This document shows, piece by piece, positions 56,423 through 64,000 of a stretch of 64,000 nt of DNA. The notes beneath the pieces are model-generated. The model was not told where the DNA came from. It saw nothing but the letters and a program-made list of their open reading frames with translations, and searched no databases. Position numbers and translations under genes: made by a program. Where the stretch lies: the NCBI GenBank assembly GCA_054772095.1, contig BAAGAE010000031.1:1238979-1302978 (forward strand). Direction: 5' to 3'. Every line of letters begins with the position of its first letter. Positions within the stretch are counted from its first letter, which is position 1. Origin of the DNA: Chamberlinius hualienensis (Eukaryota).

Positions 56423-59400
56423 TTAATACAAACCACATCCACGCAAATTGTTGGCGATGATCACATCTGTAACCGCGTCAAATACGAATTGGATATTGGT
56501 CGTATCTGTTGCACATGTCATGTGACAGTAGATCTCCTTTGTTGTGCTTTTGTTTTTTGCTTCAAACTGCGCTTGAATGTATGCAGCTGCCTCCCCATAC
56601 TCCTGAGCACCTGAAAAGCAAGACAAACAAGTATCTGTATTATCAAGTATTGATGTTAATTATTTATACAAAAGTTTAACTTTAGAGATCATTTATGCAA
56701 GTAGACAGCTTATCGTGGAGTATATTAGTTGTTGTTTTCTTTACGATATCCAAAATACTTAATTTAAAAAATGGAAGATTTACTGCATTATGGAAAGCGG
56801 AGAACTTTTGTTTGTAGGAACCAACAACAGCACTTTATAGTACAATAGTTATCAATGGGTATTTATAGTTACTGATGTATAGTACGTTGATGTCGACAAC
56901 ATAACATTTGTTTAGGATATCATCTATCTGATAAGCATATTTAATTAACATTACCTAATATAACTTGACATTTTGCTGATTTGAAAATAGAAATTAACTT
57001 AAAATAGTAACTGATACTAATGCTGTTGGCATTAGCTAAAGTTCCTTCATGCCAATTTTTTGATAACTGAATTCAGTTATGGTTTTATCAGTACAATATA
57101 TAATATATTTATCACAAGTACAGTATGTTCCTGGCTCTCAATGGCTTTGTTTTTATGAAGGACAGTATCAAGCTCAATTTACAGTACAGTATCAAGTTAA
57201 TTTAAGAACAAGTCAGGTTCCTAATCGATAGAATTAATACCGAATTTGCAAAGTAACAAATAATTAAAAAATGAAATTAGTTCTACTTTTCTAATCAACA
57301 CTTTTGATGTCAATATGTCACATTATTTGATACTAATGATTTATGTATTAGTTATTAATTAGACACACCAGTTTTGGAGATGGTTCTTGGGAGATATTTA
57401 TGTTTCTTACTCCTCGTAAGGCTTTCAAATACAGAGAACTCTCCCTAATTTCAGCCTCTATATTTTCACAATCTTTATAATTTCACAGTGTGACTGTAGC
57501 TCCATCTTGGGACCTGTGCTAAGTATAGGCGCTAATTTCACACCTCTATATTCTCACTGTGCAATTGAGTATCACAGTCCCGATGCATACTTTAGTATCC
57601 CTGTAATTTCACATATTTTCAAAAATGGGCAGAAAAGGTGGAAAAAATGGTTCACTGATAACTAAGCAGAAACCGAATTTGAAATGTGAGGAATATAACC
57701 CAAGAATGACACAGAAAGACTTGAAAAAGTGGGTAAAAAGTGAATTCAATGTTGACATCAACAGAATCACTATTTCAAAGATTCTTAGCGCCACAAAGAA
57801 TCAACAGTTAAAGAGCCTGATAGTGAGGCATCGTTTATAATAAGTCTGCTTCTCAAAAACAGGCAATAATTAACGATTACTTTACGAAAATTTAATTTTT
57901 TAAATATTAAAAAAATTCTCTCTATTTTCACACAATGTTGCCGGTCCCGAGAGTGTGAAATTAGGGAGAGTTCTCTGTATCAGATTTGAAGAACAACGTT
58001 TTCTCACCTGTATACTCGGGAAAGCATATCGTCAGAGGTGACTTTTTAATTTTTTCTTCGAAAAGATCCTTTTTATTGAGGAACAGGATTATGGATGTGT
58101 CGGTGAACCATTTGTTATTACAAATGGAGTCGAATAATTTTAAACTTTCCTGCATGCGGTTCTATATTAAAGTACAGACAAAAATACAAATTAATTAGTT
58201 GCACAGCGGCCAGCTAGTTACAGAAAAAGTGAAGTGCATGTTATGTTAGTAGTAGTAAATTAAAAGCGAGAGAAAAATGTTACTGTTGTTTCGTCTTCAT
58301 GGAGGACTTGGTCGTATTCGCTCATTGCTACGCAGAAAATAATGGCTGTCACATCTTCGAAACAGTGAATCCATTTCTTCCTTTCTGATCTCTGTCCACC
58401 CACGTCGAATAATCTAAGTGGAATCGAAACAAATTAGTATTTTTTTTTTACAAAAATTAAAAGTAAGTTGAGGAGTAGAGGTTTTGTCTCATTTACTTGA
58501 AATTTAAATTCTTGAATGAAAAATGCACTTCGACAATTCCTGTTGTTTTAACACGCGTTCGAAGGATGTCTTGCTCTGTTGGTTGATAATCTTTAGCTCC
58601 TAGACGATCCAAGTCATCTAAGAAACTGATAACAACAACATATGTTACTTAAAATGATAGCACGGAATGCTAAACATAATCTCTGCCGGTACCACATTTA
58701 TCAGATTTACAAGCTACTGTTAATTCAGTTCCGTTAAACCACCGGCATTACACGGTATTGCTGTTTCATTGTTTATACAGTCTGACAGCAGAGGACCATG
58801 AATTTGAGATAGAAAGACTTAAATCAAGTCATTATATGATTTTTAAAGTTCGATTGTCAAGCAACATACTGACAACCGTTTTATCTCAATTTTAGACATA
58901 GAAGTTTGTTTACTTATAAAATATTGGTAAAAATTTAGGAAAACTGTTCAGCACCAAAGCAACATAATTCATCTACTAACAACAACTCTTAACAGTGCAA
59001 AATTGTTTGATTATAGTATGTCACAGAAGCTGATGGATTGTGACAAAGTTGAGCACTTGAATGTCAGTTAGAAAATAATACAGTAGCATACAACATATCA
59101 GATTACTGAATTCTGGAGTCACCGTATGATCTGCTCTCGGTAGTCATCATCTATCATTTTTCAGAACCTTTCGGTATCTTAGCGCTTTATTGTAAGTGAA
59201 TAGCTTAGCAACGAAATATCATTGCTTAAGATTCAAGTACTTTTGAACATCCTCGTAAAATGTTCACTATTTTAATTCAAGTGAATTCTGTTAGAGTTAC
59301 AAGTAAGAATAGGCATTTTGACAAATTCAACAAATATTGGTCCTAAGTTTATTACTGCCATTTGAAACAGTACTGCTGTTGTCATTACCGTTATTAGTTA

Positions 59401-59579
59401 TGTGAGGGTGTGACTTACTATTTGGCGGAGTCATTGAGCTGATATTCGTTGGATCTTCCAAAACATTCTTGAACGCCACTGTCTGACCATAACCTTTTCA
59501 TGGCTCCTAATAATTCTTCAGAGAAAGGCTCCGTGTCTTCCATGCGAGCAATTACGTCCATTACCATTTTCGCATCAGG
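56423..59579 (-). CDS. Galphao: Guanine nucleotide-binding protein G(o) alpha subunit, partial (3' five coding exons; 5' exons not located)
   Basis: Exons 59419-59579 ([54 protein letters not shown]), 58497-58625 ([42 protein letters not shown]), 58284-58413 ([43 protein letters not shown]), 58008-58161 ([51 protein letters not shown]), 56423-56610 ([62 protein letters not shown], stop TAA 56423-56425). [10 protein letters not shown] is the Go-specific C-terminus. The exons encoding the P-loop and N-terminal helical domain (MGC..GAGESGKST..YSNT..) were not found in 59580-64000. Confidence 0.9.
57432..57977. mobile_element. Non-autonomous pogo/Tc1-mariner-superfamily DNA transposon remnant (22-24 bp terminal inverted repeats, TA target-site duplication) within a Galphao intron
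   Basis: Left end CAGAGAACTCTCCCTAATTTCA (57432-57453); right end TGAAATTTAGGGAGAGTTCTCTG (57955-57977) is its reverse complement with one extra A. TA at 57430-57431 and TA at 57978-57979 flank the element. Internal 71-codon ORF 57625-57840 (..[40 protein letters not shown]..) resembles the CENP-B/pogo N-terminal helix-turn-helix. Several subterminal AATTTCACA repeats. Confidence 0.6.
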
Positions 59580-60268
59580 CTGAAATTATAAGGCAAAAAA
59601 AGAAAAAAAATTAATTACCTGTACACATTGTCAAACGAATAATTAGCTGTAAAAACATTGTTTGAAATAATTAGTCGGATCTCAAGAGAAAATTATAATG
59701 TTTTGTTGATGCCGTAATTGCGTCAGGCTGGTTTAGGCGTCGCCTTTTAACAACAAATGCGCTTATTGAATGCAAACTTCTGTATTGGTTTGTTAAACAT
59801 TACTAAGTGTTGGAAAATATATGCATTGATTTTTTTTAGCTAGCCATTTTTTTTTAAATTAATACATTTCCTGGATTTATATAAACACCATTCACCAGTG
59901 TTTAACATATGGTAGCCGAATTGCAAATTAGGAGAAGCCCTTTAAAAATTGTTTATAAACATTTAGAGCAGATATATGTCAGTTAAATTTGCGTGTTTAA
60001 CGACTTTCATGTGAAATATATTAATACTGTACATTTGAGGGTGTCTACTGCAAGAGTAAACATTTGCCAACTTTTCAAATATCGATTACTGCTCGCTCAA
60101 TAGAAGTAAATACTTTCTCATTATGTTCGTCAGTCAGCCTTACGCTCCATTTTCCATCAACATTGTAAACGCCAATGAACCAACAATACACGTTGTATTA
60201 TACTCTTTTTTTTTTTTTTCTTTTTAGTTTTTCTGTGTTATTAATTTTACCCATTTTTACTTTTATAG

Positions 60269-60293
60269 TTTTTTTTTTTTTTTTTTTTTTTTT
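60269..60293. repeat. Poly(T) tract, 25 nt
   Basis: Homopolymer read directly; a second 27-nt tract at 61829-61855. Confidence 0.8.
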
Positions 60294-63200
60294 GATGGTT
60301 GAATGGATCCAAAATATATATAAAAAAAGACATTGATATCGACACCAGTTTGATATCAGATATAAAACGAATGTTTGTATCGCCACCAGTCAGTTGTGAA
60401 ACATAACAACAACAGACGAAATAAAAAAAAAATGTAATTACAACGCCATTATGAAACCGCAAATAACACCATAATCAATCAATAGGGTGAAATTAAGGTT
60501 GAAAAAGAAGGATGGTTGATTATATTTTGATATATACTGTAGTACTGTATTTCAAATAGACGAGGCAAACAAAGTATACGTCGCGGACATACACGTACTG
60601 TCCTTTAGTAACGGTATTAATATTGTCAAGATCTGGAAAAGATTTATTACATGTTTTTTTTAAAAACGTTTTTAATAGGGTTAATTAAGTAGCAATATTA
60701 CTCCGGGCGATTTATAAGATTTTTATTGAGGGTATAAGGGAGGTGTGTGTTATTACGCCAAGTCTAAATAGTCCAAAGTCGTTTGGCATATAAAAAAACA
60801 AATGAGAATCTTAACTTTCCATTATTTCAGAATCATATGCCTCACGCATATTTACATTAGTAATTTTATTTTTTCATAGTCTTCATTTAATTTACTAAGT
60901 GATGTGAACGCCGCTGAGTGTAGTTTGTCTACGCTTAACATTTTATTTTAATATTTTTTAAGAAAGATTTAATACTTTGAATACTTTGAAAATGTGATTG
61001 AACATGAGCACTGAGATGTACACGTTGAAGAAAGTAATAACTCCCGTGTCTTGTTTATATTTTTGGCTACAGGATTATTGATTTAATTGAGGACACAATG
61101 TTCGAATGATAAAGCTTATCGAGAAGATCACGGATGCATGGGTGGCACATTTGTTACTGCTGTTGCAAATATCAATAATCTTTTAAATACCGCACTTTAC
61201 GGTATTTTAAATAATCCGGTGAACTTTACAGTCTCGTTGACTAATTGGTCTACTCGCAAGTTATTGATATACCAAGCAGTATAAAACCTGCGCTTTTAAA
61301 ACTTAAATTAAGTGAGACCAATTTTACGGTCGTCATAGTTACTAATTTTAGTAACCTTATTCTGTGATGATTTAAAATTTTTTTTTTTGTTTCACAATTG
61401 GCTCTTGCGTAGGTAGCGAATGTTTTAGTATAAGTGTTAATCTTTGAATATGCATGAAAACAAAGACGTCTCTATTTGGTTACGTCAACAACCAATTCAT
61501 GGCCGTTGAAATTCATTCGTATCCAGCCATTTGTAAAAATAGTTTGTGCATGACTTCCATGCATTTTTCACGTGGAAAATGGCAGCTGCATATCAACCAA
61601 TCTGAAAGGATGATTGCAGGGATTTTTGCGTGGGTTTAACCAATAATAGGAATTCCTTTTCGATATATAACCCTTACTTCTGTTACCATTTCAAAAGCGT
61701 ATACAGTATAAGCATGTACAATATGGAAGCGCAGAAAAAAAAATTATTTCATAGAAAATATTTTTTCATGAGAAATAAATCGAATTATCACTTCCGCTGC
61801 CTAGAAATGCCAACTGCCAGAGATTTGATTTTTTTTTTTTTTTTTTTTTTTTTTTGGTTGTTGTTGAATATATAGCGATGTTTAAACTTTTTTAATACTT
61901 TCAAACACTGACGGTTAAAATCTGACTTCAATTTGGCTGGCATCAAATTGACACCATGCTTTTCTTTTTGTTTGCTGAGGAAACCAAAATGGATTGTTAG
62001 CTTCTCTTTTCTCTTAATCTTAAAATTCAGTTTCTCGCTAGAGAAATCTAGCAACTATTTTTTATTCATTTCGAAAGTAGAAAAAAGAAAAAAAACCCAG
62101 CTCAACTTTATGCTTTGATTCTCGTATAGAGAGCAATCGGCTAAAAGACGCTTTGAATATAAATACATACTTTCTGCACTAGGCTGTACTTGCTATATAG
62201 CAGTTGTAAAGGCTTTTTCAAGTGTATTACTTGTTATGTAGCCTAGGAAATAAGATGGGTGGGAAGGAGTGAAAGGGGTCATAATGCCAACATAGTCAAT
62301 GTGCCTTACTTAAACCTCAAATAAACGACTTTGTGGATGTGGAATACTAAGCAAACGATGATGGACAGTCTTGCTGGTACCGAAAATTGTTTTTATGATG
62401 TTATTTAGGCTACCATCTGCTAATGCTTAAATGGAATCAGCTGCTGATTAACCGATGAATAAAATCGGCAGCGAAGCATCAGGCTGCGGCTATTTTAAGC
62501 AACAGCAAATGCATAAAAAGACTAAATAAAAAAATTGGACAAATGCGATCAACAAAGGGGAAAAAAAAAACTGAAGAATTTTGTGGGCGAACGAAATACT
62601 GTATGTTTAGAAGTATAAAAAAGCAATGTTTTCTTAGTCTTATGTTGGTATTAGCTTTTTCGATACTGTTGAATTTATCATCAAAAGTGAGCGTTGACTT
62701 GCATGTAAAAATGTCAACGTTTGCCGAGGGTTTTTTTTTTGTTGTTGATATTTTTTTTGTTATTATTAATATTCAGTGTATGATGTCGAACTCGGTTAAC
62801 TGTCATTAATAAAGATATCACTTTTAGACATGTGCTCAATTTATAGTAGAGCGAGTTAGCAGCTATGTTTAAAAAAAAACAACTTTGCAACTCCTATCAT
62901 CAATCTTTAATGTAGACATATGTCTTTTCTTAAGTCAAACAACGGCTATCTATTTGTTTATCAAAAGAAGTAAAAAGATTGAACATCAAAATCTAAATTG
63001 CGTTAAGAGTTCGATAAACCGACGCATGCGCACTGTTCAATGTCATCGGTTGACGAATGCGAGGGAAAAGTATCAATATATGCACAATTTTATATGGTGG
63101 GTACGTGTGTACATGATTAAACGAAATTGACTGAACTGGTTGGCATCTTCAATCATTTGTAATCGACGTTTTGATTATACTGTATGCGGGAATAGCTTAA

Positions 63201-64000
63201 GAAGTGTTTTGATGTTTGGAGAAATCAAATTCCCCCACTTTGTATTTCATGAGGTGACTTTTAGTAGCAAATAAGTAATAGAGATAAGTGAAGAAATAAC
63301 AGCTTCGTATTTTTATTTGAAAGTACAACACACCCAGAAAAAAATTATTTTTTCATTTTAATGACCAAATTAGCGATCACATCGAAATCGATTAAGTTCT
63401 CATAATATTGTGATTTTAGCTGAAAGCGAAATAAGTTGAAATGTCGTTGTTTCATTACATCGACGCCGACATCCTCAGATTGTTTTCCCCCTAATCGAAT
63501 TCTTTGTTTTTGCCTTTGATCTGGCAAGCATCAGTTCATGTAAGCCATTTTCCCTATTTCATCATTCGACTTATCACTTCATGACACAGCTAATCAGTCT
63601 CTATCGCATTCTGCCTCAAAGTGACAAAGTTCGCTGTTAGTCAAGTTTGCATTATGTCATGGTTCCAGATCTTTAGTGGATAACCACTCTACCTACCACC
63701 AATCCTACTTGTACGAACGTGGGGATAGTAGTTTGCCGATTAACTATATTAGCAAAAAATGTGCTGAATTGTAATCAGAATTACCGAATTTAATGATAAC
63801 ATTAGGGAGGGTGGCACAAATCTTGATTCTGAAAATGCACATGTCGCATTTCACACGAATTTAATTATATAGCGCCCTACTTGGCATAATAAAAATTATC
63901 CAGAAACACTTGAAGAAGGAAAATGCTCATCAGAGTTGCTTTCATGTAATATTATATGACGTTGTCGGATTTATTAACTCCTATTATCCCAACTTCAGAA

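Noticed and set aside
60198-62054. ORFs 60198-60462 and 61788-62054 with poly-Lys runs
   Set aside because: Artefacts of translating the 25-27-nt poly(T)/poly(A) tracts; not coding.

Overview
AT-rich, intron-rich insect nuclear DNA (eukaryotic, not prokaryotic). The ARF1 and G-alpha-o proteins encoded here are essentially identical to the Drosophila Arf79F/Galphao sequences I remember. I can support eleven protein-coding genes, with exon models built by hand from both strands using GT/AG splice signals and reading-frame continuity.

Left to right:
- proteasome lid subunit Rpn6/PSMD11 (minus; 3' end runs off the window start)
- ARF1 (minus, 4 coding exons)
- a MADF-BESS domain gene (plus, 2 exons)
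- a tandem array of three paralogous PEP-synthase/PPDK-like genes A, B, C (minus, ~6.5-6.8 kb each, >20 exons each; PPDK_N ATP-grasp signature GGKG(A/S)SLA plus a C-terminal PEP-utilizers phosphohistidine domain). B and C form a ~7.6 kb tandem duplicate whose identity is mosaic (about 99% over some tracts, introns included; visibly more diverged over others).
- a CRAL-TRIO lipid-binding protein (minus, 7 exons)
- a NUDT19-like Nudix CoA diphosphatase ending in the peroxisomal signal AKL (minus, 3 exons)
- a HERPUD-like ER-stress ubiquitin-like membrane protein (plus, 7 exons), head-to-head with the Nudix gene
- cytoplasmic alanyl-tRNA synthetase (minus, 22 exons, 965 codons, fully reconstructed)
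- after an ~8 kb AT-rich gene desert with a minisatellite, the 3' five exons of G-protein alpha-o (minus); its 5' exons were not found in the window.

Mobile-element content is sparse: a 546-bp pogo/Tc1-mariner-like non-autonomous element (22-24 bp terminal inverted repeats, TA duplications, remnant helix-turn-helix ORF) inside a Galphao intron, and a ~120-bp MITE-like insertion present in an intron of PEPS copy C but absent from copy B. I found no CRISPR, rRNA, or convincing tRNA.

Most notable: the three-gene PEPS-like array with apparent gene-conversion tracts, a likely conserved GC-AG intron, and a single-base difference that would frameshift copy B.
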